Numbered from the stretch's first letter, positions 8,754 through 18,897 are shown. The stretch is DNA of 64,000 bases from an uncultured Bifidobacteriaceae bacterium (GCA_964555735.1 CAZKTS010000129.1:624-64623); one strand, 5' to 3'. The notes: a model not told the origin generated them from the sequence alone. Program-made: numbers and translations.

Positions 8754-9803
8754 TCAGCCGGGCACGATCACGGCGCGGCCGTCGAGCTCGCCCCGCCGCA
8801 TCGCGTCGTAGGCGTCGACGGCTCGATCGAGCGGGTACGTGGTGACCCGAGGGCGGAGGCGGCCGGCCTCGGCCAGGGCGAGCACCTCCATCAGCTCGGT
8901 CACGCTCCCCCAATAGGTGGTCGCGACCGACACCTCGTACGGCGTGGTGAAGAACGTGAACGGGAGCGTGCCCCCGCCGATGCCCACGATCGTCAGGTCG
9001 CCGAGCGACCGGGCGACGCGGGCGCCGAACGCCATCGTGGCGTCGACGCCCACGAAGTCGAGGACGACGTCGGCGCCGAGGCCGCCCGTCGCGGCGCGCA
9101 CGTCGGCGACGAGGGCGTCGGCATCGGTCCCGACGAGGAAGGTCTGGTGCGCACCGGACTCGGTTGCGAGGGCGAGGGCACGCTCACGCGTGTCGACCGC
9201 GAGGATCGTGGTGGCGGTGAGGCTCTCCAGGAGCTGGACCGCCAGATGACCGAGCCCGCCCGTGCCGATGACGACGGCGTGCGAGCCGGCGCCGAGTCGG
9301 GGCAGCGAGCGCTTGACCGCGTGATACGGCGTCAGCCCCGCGTCGGTGAGCGGAGCCGCGACGACCGGGTCGAGCGATCCGAGCGGGACGAGGTGCCGAG
9401 CGCTCGGCACGAGCATGTGTTCGGCCATCCCGCCGTCGCGTCCGAGGCCGCCGCCCGCGCCGTCGACGCGCTCGGGATGGTCGCAGTAGTTCTCGATGCC
9501 GCCGCGACAGCGCGCGCACAGCCCGCAGCCCCACGGCCCGTGGATCGCGACCGGCTGACCCACCTCGAGGCCGCGCACACCCTCACCGATCTGGTCGACC
9601 CAGCCGGTGTTCTCGTGACCGAGCGTGAACGGCGGGTGCCAGGGGAGCAGGCCGGGCGCGAAGTCGTGGATGAGATGAAGGTCGGAGTGGCAGGCCCCGG
9701 CCGCGGCGATGCGCACCACGACCTCGCCGGGTCCGGCCTCTGGCTCCGGGACCTCCCGCAGCTCCGGGGCGTGCTGCCACTCGACCAGCTGGAGTGCGCG
9801 CAT
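8754..9803 (-). CDS. Zinc-dependent alcohol dehydrogenase (MDR family)
   Basis: 349 aa. GACHSDLH catalytic zinc motif, structural-zinc CGLCARC, GTGGLGH Rossmann motif. Confidence 0.9.
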   Translation of the reverse strand: MRALQLVEWQHAPELREVPEPEAGPGEVVVRIAAAGACHSDLHLIHDFAPGLLPWHPPFTLGHENTGWVDQIGEGVRGLEVGQPVAIHGPWGCGLCARCRGGIENYCDHPERVDGAGGGLGRDGGMAEHMLVPSARHLVPLGSLDPVVAAPLTDAGLTPYHAVKRSLPRLGAGSHAVVIGTGGLGHLAVQLLESLTATTILAVDTRERALALATESGAHQTFLVGTDADALVADVRAATGGLGADVVLDFVGVDATMAFGARVARSLGDLTIVGIGGGTLPFTFFTTPYEVSVATTYWGSVTELMEVLALAEAGRLRPRVTTYPLDRAVDAYDAMRRGELDGRAVIVPG

Positions 9804-9827
9804 GGTGTCCTCCTTCGCCTCAGCGAC

Positions 9828-10724
9828 TCAGGCTGCGGTCACGCGGGTGCCCGCCTGGCCGTCGATGATCGCGGCGGCGTCCTCGAGGGCGCCGATGGCG
9901 GCGAGTCCGCCCGTGGTGCGCACGAATCGTACGGCGGCATCGACCTTCGGTTGCATGGATCCCTCGGCGAACCGCAGTGCGGCGAGGTCGTCCGCGGCGA
10001 TGCTTCCGATGGGGTCGGTCCCGACGCCGTCGTGCCACGTGCGAAACACCGCCGGCGAGTCGGTGAGCAGCAGCAACGCCGCGGCGCCGAGCCGCTCGGC
10101 GAGCAGGCCAGACGTCGCGTCCTTGTCGATGACCGCGTCGACACCACGAAAGCCCCCGGCCTCCTCCACGACGGGCACCCCACCGCCACCGCCGCAGATC
10201 ACCAGCACGCCCGCATCGCTGAGCCGGCGGATGGCGTCCTCTTCCAGGATGCGGCGCGGGCGGGGAGACGCGACGACCCGCCGCCAGCGGGAACCTTCGG
10301 GCGCGACCGCCCAGCCCTTGCGCGTCGCCCACTGTCGGGCGCGCCGGGCATCGACGACGGGACCGACCGGCTTGGTGGGGTTGGCGAACGCGGGATCCTG
10401 CGCGTCGACGACGACCCGCGTGATGAGCGCGACGACATCGGTGCCGAGTGCGTTGGTCAGCTCCTGCTCGATGACGTAGCCGAGCATCCCCTCGGTCTCG
10501 GCGCCCAGCACGTCGAGCGGGGTGCGGGTGTCGGCTTGCTCGTCGGCGAGCGCGAGCAGGCCGATCTGAGGACCGTTGCCGTGCGTGACGACGAGTCGAT
10601 GCTCACCGGTCAGCCCGGCGAGGCTGGTCGCGGCCGAGCGGGCGTTCGCCCGTTGGGCCGCCATGGTCGTGGCCTGGCCGCGCCGCAGGAGGGCGTTCCC
10701 GCCGAGCGCGACGACGATCCGCAC
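9828..10724 (-). CDS. arcC: Carbamate kinase
   Basis: 298 aa. MRIVVALGGNALLRRGQ N-terminus and overall carbamate-kinase pattern. Lies 4 nt downstream of arcA. Confidence 0.9.
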   Translation of the reverse strand: MRIVVALGGNALLRRGQATTMAAQRANARSAATSLAGLTGEHRLVVTHGNGPQIGLLALADEQADTRTPLDVLGAETEGMLGYVIEQELTNALGTDVVALITRVVVDAQDPAFANPTKPVGPVVDARRARQWATRKGWAVAPEGSRWRRVVASPRPRRILEEDAIRRLSDAGVLVICGGGGGVPVVEEAGGFRGVDAVIDKDATSGLLAERLGAAALLLLTDSPAVFRTWHDGVGTDPIGSIAADDLAALRFAEGSMQPKVDAAVRFVRTTGGLAAIGALEDAAAIIDGQAGTRVTAA

Positions 10725-10728
10725 CGAG

Positions 10729-11949
10729 TCAGCGCCCTTCCCGCACGAGCGGGCAGCTCATGCACCGTGAGCCGCCGCGCCCACGCGACAGCTCGGCGCT
10801 CTCGAGCGTGATCACCTCGAACCCGGCCTTGCGGAGCTCGGTGTTCGTCGCCACGTTGCGGTCGTAGGCCATCACGACGCCGGGCTCGATGGCGAGCACG
10901 TTGTTCCCGTCGTCCCACTGCTCCCGGTCCGCCTCGTTGCGGTCACCGCCCGTGGTGATGATGCGCAGCGAGTCGAGCGCGAGCGCCTTCGAGATCGCCC
11001 CGAACACCTCGTCGCGATCGCTGACCACGAGGTCCTCGGGGTCGTCGCCGGGCTGGACGGTCCAGGCGGTCGCGCCGTCGACGACCTCCGGATAGACGAG
11101 GAACGCGTCCGTGTCGATCATCGTCATGACCGTGTCGAGGTGCATGGAGGAACGCTGCTTCGGGAGCTCGACGGCGATCACGGTCGACGCGCCGCCGTGC
11201 ACGAAGAGCATCCGGGCGAGCGCCTCCACCGCGACGGGCGAGGTGCGCTCGCCCATGCCGACGAGCACGGTGCCGTCGCCGAGGACGAGGACGTCGCCAC
11301 CCTCGAGCGTGGCGTGGCCCAGGTCCTGCTCGCAGCCGCCGAACCAGATCGGGAAGTGCTCGGCGCGAAAGCGCGGGTGGAACCGGTAGATCGCCTCCGT
11401 GTGCACGGTCTCGCGCCGCCGCGCGGGCTTCGCCATCGAGCTGATGACGACACCGCCGTAGACCCAGCAGGAGCTGTCGCGCGTGAAGTACTGGTTGGGG
11501 AGCGGATCGAGCACGAGATCGTCGGGCCCGATCGTCGCCCCGACCAGCCCCGGCGCGGCGAGGTCGAGGTCGGTGAGGGTCACGCCCCCGATGAGCGCCT
11601 CGGTCAGCGCGCGGTCATCGAGCGCTTCGAGGTGCTCTCGCACCGCCGGCGCGAGCACCGGCCCCAGGTTGCGGTCGTCGACGGTCTCGTCGAGGACCCA
11701 CGCGCGGCCCTCGGGGTCGCCGAGCACGTCGCGCAACAGGTCACCGAGGAGCAGGACTTCGACGCCGCGCTCGCGGAGCGCATCCGCGAAGGCGTCGTGC
11801 TCCTGGCGGGCTCGCTTCACCCAGAGCACGTCGTCGAACAGGAGCCGGTCGTGGTTGGCGGGCGTGAGGCGGCGCAGCTCGGGATCCGGACGGTGGAGCA
11901 GCACCGTGCGGAGCTGCCCCACCTCCGAGTCGACGTGGAAGGCGCTCAT
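10729..11949 (-). CDS. arcA: Arginine deiminase
   Basis: C-terminal 406 aa of the 935-aa ORF, starting [21 protein letters not shown] and ending ...[12 protein letters not shown] (catalytic Cys region). ATGA overlap with the permease stop. Confidence 0.92.
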   Translation of the reverse strand: MSAFHVDSEVGQLRTVLLHRPDPELRRLTPANHDRLLFDDVLWVKRARQEHDAFADALRERGVEVLLLGDLLRDVLGDPEGRAWVLDETVDDRNLGPVLAPAVREHLEALDDRALTEALIGGVTLTDLDLAAPGLVGATIGPDDLVLDPLPNQYFTRDSSCWVYGGVVISSMAKPARRRETVHTEAIYRFHPRFRAEHFPIWFGGCEQDLGHATLEGGDVLVLGDGTVLVGMGERTSPVAVEALARMLFVHGGASTVIAVELPKQRSSMHLDTVMTMIDTDAFLVYPEVVDGATAWTVQPGDDPEDLVVSDRDEVFGAISKALALDSLRIITTGGDRNEADREQWDDGNNVLAIEPGVVMAYDRNVATNTELRKAGFEVITLESAELSRGRGGSRCMSCPLVREGR

Positions 11950-13382
11950 CGGACGCCGTCCAGCTCGGTGACGGCCGGGTCGGTGGCAGGCGTGATGCCG
12001 GCCTTGGCGTCGTCGCGCGCGGCCCACCACTTCAGGAGCACGTACACGGGGATGCCGCCCATCAGGAGCATGAAACCCTTGAAGACGATCTCGTAGCCCG
12101 AGCCGGCGATGGCCCAGAGCGAGTACGCGAACGCCAGCAGCGCGATGACCGCGTCCTTGGTGAGCTTGCGCATGTCGAACGCCGCACGGTCGGTCACGAA
12201 CAGCTGGAGCTCCGCGGCCGCCGAGAACGCATACGGGACGAGGGTCGTGAGCGTCGCCAGCAGGATGATGAAGGTGAACTGGTCGACGAGGCTCTTCTCG
12301 TAGTTCATGAACACCAGGACGGTGATGAACACGCTCGAGAGCACGAGGCCGAACACCGGCGAGCCGTTGCGGCTCGTGCGGGCGAACGGCTTCGGGAAGA
12401 GCCGGTCCCGGGCCGCGGCGAGCGGCACCTGGCCCTGCAGCAGGATCCAGCCGTTGAGGGCACCGAAGGTCGCGACCAGCGCGCAGATCGTGATCACGTC
12501 TGCCGGCCAGCCGCCACCGAAGATCCCCTTGGCCGCGTCGGCGAACGGTGCACCGGAGTCGGCGAGAGCTCGCGGCGCGAGCTGCCCCATCACCGCGAAC
12601 GTGCCGAGGATGTACACGACGGTCGTGGCGATCGTGCCGATGATCGTCGAGCGCGGGATCGTGCGCTTCGGGTCGCGCACCTCCTCGGCCGGCACCGTCG
12701 CCGACTCGAGGCCGATGAACGCCCACAGGGTGAGGGCTGCCGCCGCGGTGATCGCGCCGAACGTCGAGTCGCCGCTCACGTTGAAGGTCGAGAAGTTGTC
12801 CCAGTCGACGAAGAAGACGCCGACCACCGCGATCACTGCCAGCGGCACGAACTTCACGATGGCGGTGACGAGCTGGACCATGCCGCCCTGGCGCACGCCG
12901 ACCGCGTTCACCAGCGTCAGCGTCCAGACCGCGGCGATGGCCACCAGCGCGGCCACCATGCCGTCGGTACGGACGGTCGGCCAGTACTCGCCCAGGTAGC
13001 TGACGAACGCCACCGCGATGGCGGCGTTCCCGGCCCACGCGGCGATCCAGTAGCCCCAGGCCTGCTGGAACCCGATGAAGTCGCCGAACGCGCGGCGGCT
13101 GTACACGTAGGGTCCTCCGGTCTTCGGGTACGCACGCCCGAGGCGGGCGAACACGATGGCGAGCAGCACGGCGCCGATGCCGGTGAGGCCGAACGCCACC
13201 AGCGAGATCGGGCCGTACGCCGCGAGCGACGCCGGCAGGAGGAACACGCCGGAGCCGATCATGTTGCCGACGACCAGGGCCGTCGCCATCGAGAGACCGA
13301 GCGCGCGGCGGCGCCCGCCCGCCGGCGTGGTGTCGGGCGGCACGGGCGCCGCGCTGTCGGTTCGGTCGAGGACCGTTGCCAT
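11946..13382 (-). CDS. APC-family amino-acid permease (arginine/ornithine antiporter-like)
   Basis: About 478 aa from MATVLDR (ATG preceded by GGGGGAGAA SD). Multi-TM with [12 protein letters not shown] signature. First gene of the ADI operon. Confidence 0.85.
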   Translation of the reverse strand: MATVLDRTDSAAPVPPDTTPAGGRRRALGLSMATALVVGNMIGSGVFLLPASLAAYGPISLVAFGLTGIGAVLLAIVFARLGRAYPKTGGPYVYSRRAFGDFIGFQQAWGYWIAAWAGNAAIAVAFVSYLGEYWPTVRTDGMVAALVAIAAVWTLTLVNAVGVRQGGMVQLVTAIVKFVPLAVIAVVGVFFVDWDNFSTFNVSGDSTFGAITAAAALTLWAFIGLESATVPAEEVRDPKRTIPRSTIIGTIATTVVYILGTFAVMGQLAPRALADSGAPFADAAKGIFGGGWPADVITICALVATFGALNGWILLQGQVPLAAARDRLFPKPFARTSRNGSPVFGLVLSSVFITVLVFMNYEKSLVDQFTFIILLATLTTLVPYAFSAAAELQLFVTDRAAFDMRKLTKDAVIALLAFAYSLWAIAGSGYEIVFKGFMLLMGGIPVYVLLKWWAARDDAKAGITPATDPAVTELDGVR

Positions 13383-13444
13383 CGTTCTCCCCCTCTGGGT
13401 TGGTGGAACGAGGTCGAGTCTCCGAATGCAGGAGGTCGCGGCCC

Positions 13445-13460
13445 AGGGTCGAAGGTCCCG
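13445..13460 (-). promoter_or_regulatory. Candidate operator, CGGGACCTTCGACCCT on the minus strand (GGGAC-N4-GACCC)
   Basis: Identical 16-mer to 5986..6001. Lies 63-78 nt upstream of the permease ATG, in the divergent intergenic region. Confidence 0.45.
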
Positions 13461-13517
13461 GTCCCGTGCGCGAAACGGCCCTTGTCCCACGGGGCCCGTC
13501 GTCGCACGATCGTCGCC

Positions 13518-14858
13518 ATGACTCCGACGCGCTCACCCGAGGCCGCGACGCTCGCGGAGGCAGCGCGCGCCGTTGTGGGGAGCCGCGGCGACTACGACGG
13601 CTTGCTCGACCTGGTGGGCGACCGCCGGATCGTTCTGATCGGCGAGGCGTCGCACGGGACGCAGGACTTCTACCGGGAGCGGGCGCGCATCACCCGGCGT
13701 CTCGTCGACGAGCTCGGCTTCAACGTCGTGGCCGTGGAGGGCGACTGGCCCGACGCCTATCGGGTCAACCGGTACGTGATGGGCCGCTCGGGCGACGGCG
13801 GGGCCGAGCAGGCGCTCCGCGACTTCCAGCGCTTCCCGTCGTGGATGTGGCGCAACACCGACGTGCTCGACTTCGTGGAGTGGCTGCGCATCCGCAACGA
13901 GGCGCACCGCCACCCGGCGAGCCGCGTGCGCTTCCTGGGTCTCGATCTCTACAGCCTGCGCGCCTCGATCGAGGCGGTGATCGCCTACCTCGGCACGGTG
14001 GACCCCGCGGAGGCCGAGCGAGCGAGAGCTCGGTACGCGTGCTTCGACCACATCGGTGGCGACGGCCAGGCGTACGGGTACGCGCTCGCGCACCAGGGTG
14101 CGCTCCCGTGCGAGAACGAGGTGGTGGCGCAGCTCGTGGACCTGCGACGCAAGAGCGAGGCCTATCTGCGACGCGACGGTTGGATCGCGGAGGACGAGCT
14201 CTTCTTCGCGGAGCAGAACGCGATCGTGGTGCGTGACGCCGAGGAGTACTACCAGCAGATGTACCGAGCCGAGGTGTCGTCGTGGAACCTCCGCGACCGG
14301 CACATGGCCAACACGCTCGACGCGCTCGTCGACCACCTGGAGCATCAGCACTCCCATGCCAAGGTCGTCGTCTGGGAGCACAACTCACACGTCGGAGACG
14401 CCCGCGCCACGGCGATGGGAGCGCGCGGGGAGCTCAACGTCGGCCAGCTGGCGCGCGAGCGTCACCACGGCGACACGGTGCTGATCGGCCTGACCACCTA
14501 CGACGGGCGCGTCACGGCGGCGTCCGACTGGGGTGCGCCGGCCGAGCGCAAGGTCGTGCGGCCGGCCCGGCCCGACAGCCACGAGGCGCTCCTGCACGCG
14601 GTCGGCCGACCGGCGTTCTGGCTGCCGACGGCCGAGCCCGGAGTGGCCCGCGCGCTGGCGGAGCCACGGCTCGAGCGGGCGATCGGTGTCATCTACCGCC
14701 CGCAGACCGAGCTCCAGAGCCACTACTTCCCCGCGGACCTCGCCGCGCAGTTCGACGCGGTCCTCCACGTCGACCACACCCGCGCGCTCGTGCCGCTCGA
14801 ACGGTCCGGGCGCTGGGATCGGGGCGAGCCGCCGGAGACCTACCCGTCCGGCGTCTGA
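13518..14858 (+). CDS. Erythromycin esterase family protein
   Basis: [16 protein letters not shown]...[10 protein letters not shown]...[11 protein letters not shown] pattern typical of the Ere-like family. Start taken at MTPTRSPE. Confidence 0.8.
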   Translation: MTPTRSPEAATLAEAARAVVGSRGDYDGLLDLVGDRRIVLIGEASHGTQDFYRERARITRRLVDELGFNVVAVEGDWPDAYRVNRYVMGRSGDGGAEQALRDFQRFPSWMWRNTDVLDFVEWLRIRNEAHRHPASRVRFLGLDLYSLRASIEAVIAYLGTVDPAEAERARARYACFDHIGGDGQAYGYALAHQGALPCENEVVAQLVDLRRKSEAYLRRDGWIAEDELFFAEQNAIVVRDAEEYYQQMYRAEVSSWNLRDRHMANTLDALVDHLEHQHSHAKVVVWEHNSHVGDARATAMGARGELNVGQLARERHHGDTVLIGLTTYDGRVTAASDWGAPAERKVVRPARPDSHEALLHAVGRPAFWLPTAEPGVARALAEPRLERAIGVIYRPQTELQSHYFPADLAAQFDAVLHVDHTRALVPLERSGRWDRGEPPETYPSGV

Positions 14859-14891
14859 CGTCGGGCCGCACCGGCGACCCGGCCATCCTCA

Positions 14892-15932
14892 TCAGCTGAG
14901 TGGGACCGTCCAGCGCACCGTCGTGCCCTGACCGTCGCCTCCCGGCGTGGCCGCCATGGTGCCGCCGAAGCGCTCAGCGCGTCGCGCCATGTTGCGAAGT
15001 CCCTCGCCGAGCGCGGGTTCGTCGGGGATCCCCGTGCCGTCGTCACTGACCTCGAGCACGAGCTCCGCGCCAGCGGTGATCGAGACCCGGACGTTCTCGG
15101 CCTCGGCGTGGCGAGCCACGTTCGAGAGCGCCTCCCGCAGTGTCGCGACGAGCTGCTCCGCGATCGGCTCCGGGGTGGTGTCGACGGGGCCGTCGAACTG
15201 CACCCGCGGTTCGACGCCGAGCACGTGGCGCTCGTCCGAGATGACGCGCAGCACGTCGCTGCGGAGCCCCAGCTGCGCGGTGGGGTCGGTTTGGAGCCCG
15301 AAGATCACGGTCCGGATCTCGCGGATGGTCTGGTCGAGCTCGTCGACAGCGCCGCCGATTCGGGCCGCGGCCGCCGGGCTCTCGACCATCGCGGTCGTCG
15401 CTTGCAGGGTCATGCCCGCCGCGAACAGGCGTTGGATGACGAGGTCGTGGAGATCCTCGGCGATGCGCTCGCGGTCCTCGAGGGTGTGCAGGTCCTGGGC
15501 GATCGCGCGCAGCCGTTCCTCCGCGTCGCGGGCTTCGGCCTCGGATCGCATCCGGTCGGTGATGTCGCGCACCGCGGCGACCGCCCGACCGGGGCCCGGT
15601 CCGGGCAGGGGACTGAGGCTCACCTCGACGGGGAACTCCGTGCCGTCGTGGCGGCGGGCCGAGAGCGCCATCGAGGCACCCATCGCCCGCGTCTTGGGCT
15701 CGGCGCGGTAACGGGTGCGGTGCGCCCGATGCACCTGACGCAGCTGCTCGGGCAGCAGGTCCTCGACCGGGTGCCCGACGATCGCGTCCTTCGCGCAGCC
15801 GAAGAGGACCTCGGCCTGGTGGTTGGCGAACACGACCGTGCCCTGCTCGTCGACGACGATGAGGGCGTCCGGCGCCGCTTCGACGATCGCCGTCAGCTGC
15901 TCCGGGTCGAGGGCTTTCGGCTCCGGTGCCAC
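14892..15932 (-). CDS. Soluble sensor histidine kinase (PAS + HisKA_3 + HATPase_c)
   Basis: PAS-like LTAIVEAAPDALIVVDEQGTVVFAN. H-box ERIAEDLHDLVIQRLF. ATPase N/G boxes. Start set at the GTG (VAPEPKAL) because the 16070 start leaves no divergent promoter space. No adjacent response regulator. Confidence 0.8.
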   Translation of the reverse strand: MAPEPKALDPEQLTAIVEAAPDALIVVDEQGTVVFANHQAEVLFGCAKDAIVGHPVEDLLPEQLRQVHRAHRTRYRAEPKTRAMGASMALSARRHDGTEFPVEVSLSPLPGPGPGRAVAAVRDITDRMRSEAEARDAEERLRAIAQDLHTLEDRERIAEDLHDLVIQRLFAAGMTLQATTAMVESPAAAARIGGAVDELDQTIREIRTVIFGLQTDPTAQLGLRSDVLRVISDERHVLGVEPRVQFDGPVDTTPEPIAEQLVATLREALSNVARHAEAENVRVSITAGAELVLEVSDDGTGIPDEPALGEGLRNMARRAERFGGTMAATPGGDGQGTTVRWTVPLS

Positions 15933-16090
15933 CTCGCCCCTTTTCCGTCCACCCTGACCGGGCCAGTCTCGCCCAGCTCCTGATTCCGTGCCAGCCGAAG
16001 GGCCCGCGTGCCCGGGCCGAGAGGCCCTGGATGGCGGCAACGGTCCGGCGTTCCATGGAGCCCGGGCCACGACCCGGAGGGAGGGCCACC

Positions 16091-16294
16091 ATGGACGCTC
16101 GAGTGGGCGATCGACTGGTGATCAGAGGCCACCACGTGGGTGAGCCGGATCGCGATGCCGAGATCATCGAGGTCCGGGGGAACGACGGCGCACCCCCGTG
16201 GGTCGTCCGCTGGGACGACGACGGCCACGAAGGGTTGTTCTTCCCGGGATCGGACGCGGTCGTCGAACATCTCCGCACGGGGTCAGAGCACTGA
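16091..16294 (+). CDS. DUF1918-family small protein
   Basis: 67 aa, MDARVGDRLVIRGHHVGEPDRDAEIIEVRGNDGAPPWVVRWDDDGHEGLFFPGSDA. GGAGGGAGGG SD upstream of the ATG. Confidence 0.75.
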   Translation: MDARVGDRLVIRGHHVGEPDRDAEIIEVRGNDGAPPWVVRWDDDGHEGLFFPGSDAVVEHLRTGSEH

Positions 16295-17739
16295 CGGGCC
16301 CGGCGGAGGTCCACGAGACCCACACGGCGTGGGTCGTGATGCTCGGTGACCGCGCCTACAAGCTCCGGAAGCCGGTCCGGTTCGACTTCGTCGACCTGTC
16401 GACGCGTGCCGCGCGTCGTCGGATGTCCGAGCGCGAGGTGCGGTTGAACCGTCGCCTGGCGCCCGACGTGTACTTGGGCGTGGCGGACGTCGTCGTCGGC
16501 GACGTCGTGCGCGACCACCTTGTCGTCATGCGGCGGCTGCCACCCGAGCGCAGGTTGAGCACGCTGCTCGCCGATCACGACGTGGGGCGAGAGATCGATG
16601 CGGTCGCGCGCCGCGTCGCCGCGTTCCATGCCTCGGTCGAGACCTCGGCGGAGATCTCGGCGGCCGCGTCGCCCGCCGTACTGCGTGAGAAGCTCGATGC
16701 CGACCTGGAAGGCCTCGCGAGCGCGGGCGGCGCCCGGGTGGATCTCCGGCAACTCGAGCGGGTGAGCGCCGATGCGCGCTCGTACCTCGACGGGCGGGAG
16801 CGACTGCTCGAGCAACGCATGCGCTCCGGTCTCGTGCGCGACGGGCACGGCGATCTGCTGGCCGACGACATTTTCTGCCTGGACGACGGACCGAGGATCC
16901 TCGACTGCCTCGAGTTCGACGACCGGCTGCGGTGGTGTGACGTCCTCGCGGACCTGGCGTTCCTCGCGATGGACCTGGAGCGTCTCGGCGCGCCCGCCGC
17001 GGCCGAGCGTCTGCTGGCTGCCTACCAGGAGTACTCCGGCGAGCATCATCCGGCCTCGCTGTTCCACTGGTACGTGGGGACCCGGGCCGTGATCCGGGCC
17101 AAGGTGACGTTCCTGCGGTGGGGGCAGTCCGGCGACGAGCGGGACGTCGAGGCGGCGTGCCGGCTCCTGGACATCGCCGAGCGGCGGTTCGCGCTAGCGC
17201 GGGTCCGACTGGTGCTCGTCGGCGGGTCACCCGGGACCGGCAAGTCCACGCTGGCGAAAGGGCTCAGCGATCGGGAGGGTTGGACGCTGCTCCGGTCCGA
17301 CGAGGTGCGCAAGGACATCAGCGGGCTCGGGCACGGTCCGAGCCCGGCCGATGCTCGGCGCGAGATCTACACCGACGACCGCACCCGGGCCACGTACGAA
17401 GAGCTGCTGCGGCGCGCCGAGGTCGCCATGGGGCTGGGCGAGAGCGTCGTGCTGGACGCGACCTGGGGTGACGCCGGCCAACGCGCCGAGGCGGCGGTGC
17501 TGGCCGGTCGCGCCCATGCCGAGCTGCACGAGCTCGTGTGCGACGCGCCGCCGTCCGTCGTCGCGGCGCGGATCGCCCGGCGCCGACAGGCCGGCCGGGA
17601 TGCGTCCGATGCCGACGAGTCGGTTGCCGTGCAGTTGCGCGCCGCGTTCGAGGCATGGCCGTCGGCGCGAGTCGTCGATACCTCGTACTCCGAGCGTGCC
17701 GCGCTCGACGGCGCGGTGGACGCGCTGTCAGCCCGGTGA
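16198..17739 (+). CDS. Bifunctional aminoglycoside-phosphotransferase-like / P-loop (AAA) kinase protein
   Basis: N-terminal ETHTAWVVMLGDRAYKLRKPV, then an HGDL...D kinase core. C-terminal GGSPGTGKSTLA Walker A. True start is uncertain: GTG 16198 overlaps DUF1918, and alternatives are GTG 16336 / ATG 16339. Confidence 0.8.
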   Translation: MGRPLGRRRPRRVVLPGIGRGRRTSPHGVRALTGPAEVHETHTAWVVMLGDRAYKLRKPVRFDFVDLSTRAARRRMSEREVRLNRRLAPDVYLGVADVVVGDVVRDHLVVMRRLPPERRLSTLLADHDVGREIDAVARRVAAFHASVETSAEISAAASPAVLREKLDADLEGLASAGGARVDLRQLERVSADARSYLDGRERLLEQRMRSGLVRDGHGDLLADDIFCLDDGPRILDCLEFDDRLRWCDVLADLAFLAMDLERLGAPAAAERLLAAYQEYSGEHHPASLFHWYVGTRAVIRAKVTFLRWGQSGDERDVEAACRLLDIAERRFALARVRLVLVGGSPGTGKSTLAKGLSDREGWTLLRSDEVRKDISGLGHGPSPADARREIYTDDRTRATYEELLRRAEVAMGLGESVVLDATWGDAGQRAEAAVLAGRAHAELHELVCDAPPSVVAARIARRRQAGRDASDADESVAVQLRAAFEAWPSARVVDTSYSERAALDGAVDALSAR

Positions 17740-18378
17740 ACGGGCGGCCGCGAGTGCGTCGTCGCGGATGACCCGGAGCATGCGGCGCATGATGAGCCCG
17801 ACGAAGGGTGAGACGACGAACCAGTAGCGGCGGAACGCGCGGCGCGACGCGTCGTCGAGGACCAGGGTGCGCACTCGATAGCGAACGCTCGTGCCGCCGT
17901 TCGCGGGCGTCACCGAGATCGAGCACGCGATCTTCGCCCGCCCTGCGTGCGAATACGTCAGGAACTCATCGGCCGAGATCGTCTCCCAGACCGTCTCGCC
18001 GCCCCAGAAGCGCCCGATGACACCGAACGCGACCTCGACACCCGGGCGTCGCCCGAGCAGGACCCATTGGCCCCGCGGCTCGAAGTCGGCGATGCGAAGG
18101 TGCTTGGGGTCGTCGACCGGCGGCCGGGGCCGCGAGCGCACCGCGCTGACGACCCATTCAAAGACCGCTCGGACGGCGAACGCAGCCCGCGCCACGACGC
18201 TGCGGCGTCCGACGTCGAGGAAGTCAGCGCGCTCCGCCGCGGCGAAGACGGTCGCCGGATCGGTCGCGACGAAGAGCGAGTGATCCTTGGTCGCGTCGGC
18301 CGTGGGGAGCAGCTCGTCGAGCAGCGTCGGTAGGTCGGTGACCTTGCCGCCTTCGGCGGACGCGGTGGTCTCGGTCAC
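17728..18378 (-). CDS. Hypothetical protein (possible SRPBCC/START-like fold)
   Basis: Protein-like composition. GTG at 18378 forms a GTGA overlap with the PNPOx stop. No confident family assignment. Confidence 0.55.
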   Translation of the reverse strand: MTETTASAEGGKVTDLPTLLDELLPTADATKDHSLFVATDPATVFAAAERADFLDVGRRSVVARAAFAVRAVFEWVVSAVRSRPRPPVDDPKHLRIADFEPRGQWVLLGRRPGVEVAFGVIGRFWGGETVWETISADEFLTYSHAGRAKIACSISVTPANGGTSVRYRVRTLVLDDASRRAFRRYWFVVSPFVGLIMRRMLRVIRDDALAAARSPG

Positions 18379-18818
18379 AGGTACGCCGACGGTTCGAACG
18401 GCCACGGCGCGTCGGGGTCGGCGAGGGCGCGTCCGGTGATCGAGAACGGTTCGATCGCGAGCCAGGCATCACGGTCGTCGTCGAGCCACGGCTCCGGGTC
18501 GAAGCGCTCGCGGAAGCCCGCGGCGTCGGGATCCACGCGCTGGAGCGTGCCCCGCACGAGCACGGACCAGCCGCGCTGGCGCTCGGCGTCCAAGCCGTCG
18601 ATCTCGAACGCGACGCCAGTCCCGGGGAGGTCGAGCACGTTGCCGCGGCGGGTGCGGATCGCGATCCACCGGATGCTCTCGATCTCGACCAGGCGGTAGG
18701 CGACCGGGAGGATGATCGGGCCGCCGTGCACGTTGCAGGCGATGCGCCCGACCGGCGTCGATCGGAGCAGGTCGAGGCAGGCGTCGTAGGACAGCTCGGT
18801 GGAGGACGTGGCGGTCAT
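18375..18818 (-). CDS. Pyridoxamine 5'-phosphate oxidase family (flavin/F420-binding split-barrel) protein
   Basis: 147 aa. LSYDACLDLLRSTPVGRIA...ILPVAY...GWSVLVRG pattern of the Pyridox_ox_2 family. Confidence 0.8.
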   Translation of the reverse strand: MTATSSTELSYDACLDLLRSTPVGRIACNVHGGPIILPVAYRLVEIESIRWIAIRTRRGNVLDLPGTGVAFEIDGLDAERQRGWSVLVRGTLQRVDPDAAGFRERFDPEPWLDDDRDAWLAIEPFSITGRALADPDAPWPFEPSAYL

Positions 18819-18881
18819 GGTCGCAACCTCGGGGCGGACGATCGTTTCGCCCGATCGTCGTCCGCGACGAGGGACGAGACC

Positions 18882-18897
18882 AGGGACGAAAGACCCT
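18882..18897 (+). promoter_or_regulatory. Candidate operator variant AGGGACGAAAGACCCT (GGGAC-N4-GACCC)
   Basis: Lies 58-73 nt upstream of ATG 18955. Same half-sites, spacing and gene-relative orientation as the 5986 and 13445 sites. Confidence 0.4.

Noticed and set aside
8734-8913. N-terminal extension of the GNAT-ACS ORF
   Set aside because: It is Arg/Pro-rich junk that overlaps the 3' end of the adh gene. An internal ATG (MAGEGLPYPEAW) fits the intergenic spacing.
10729-13536. 935-aa ORF as a single gene
   Set aside because: Only the C-terminal 406 aa is arginine deiminase. The N-terminal part is an alternative-frame read-through of the permease gene, which is clearly coded in its own frame.
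16000-16027. GGGCC-CGCG-TGCCC and GGGCC-GAGA-GGCCC palindromes between the kinase and DUF1918
   Set aside because: They share the 5+4+5 geometry, but the half-sites differ from GGGAC/GACCC. Pure G/C palindromes like these arise easily in 70% GC DNA, so they were not counted as operator sites.
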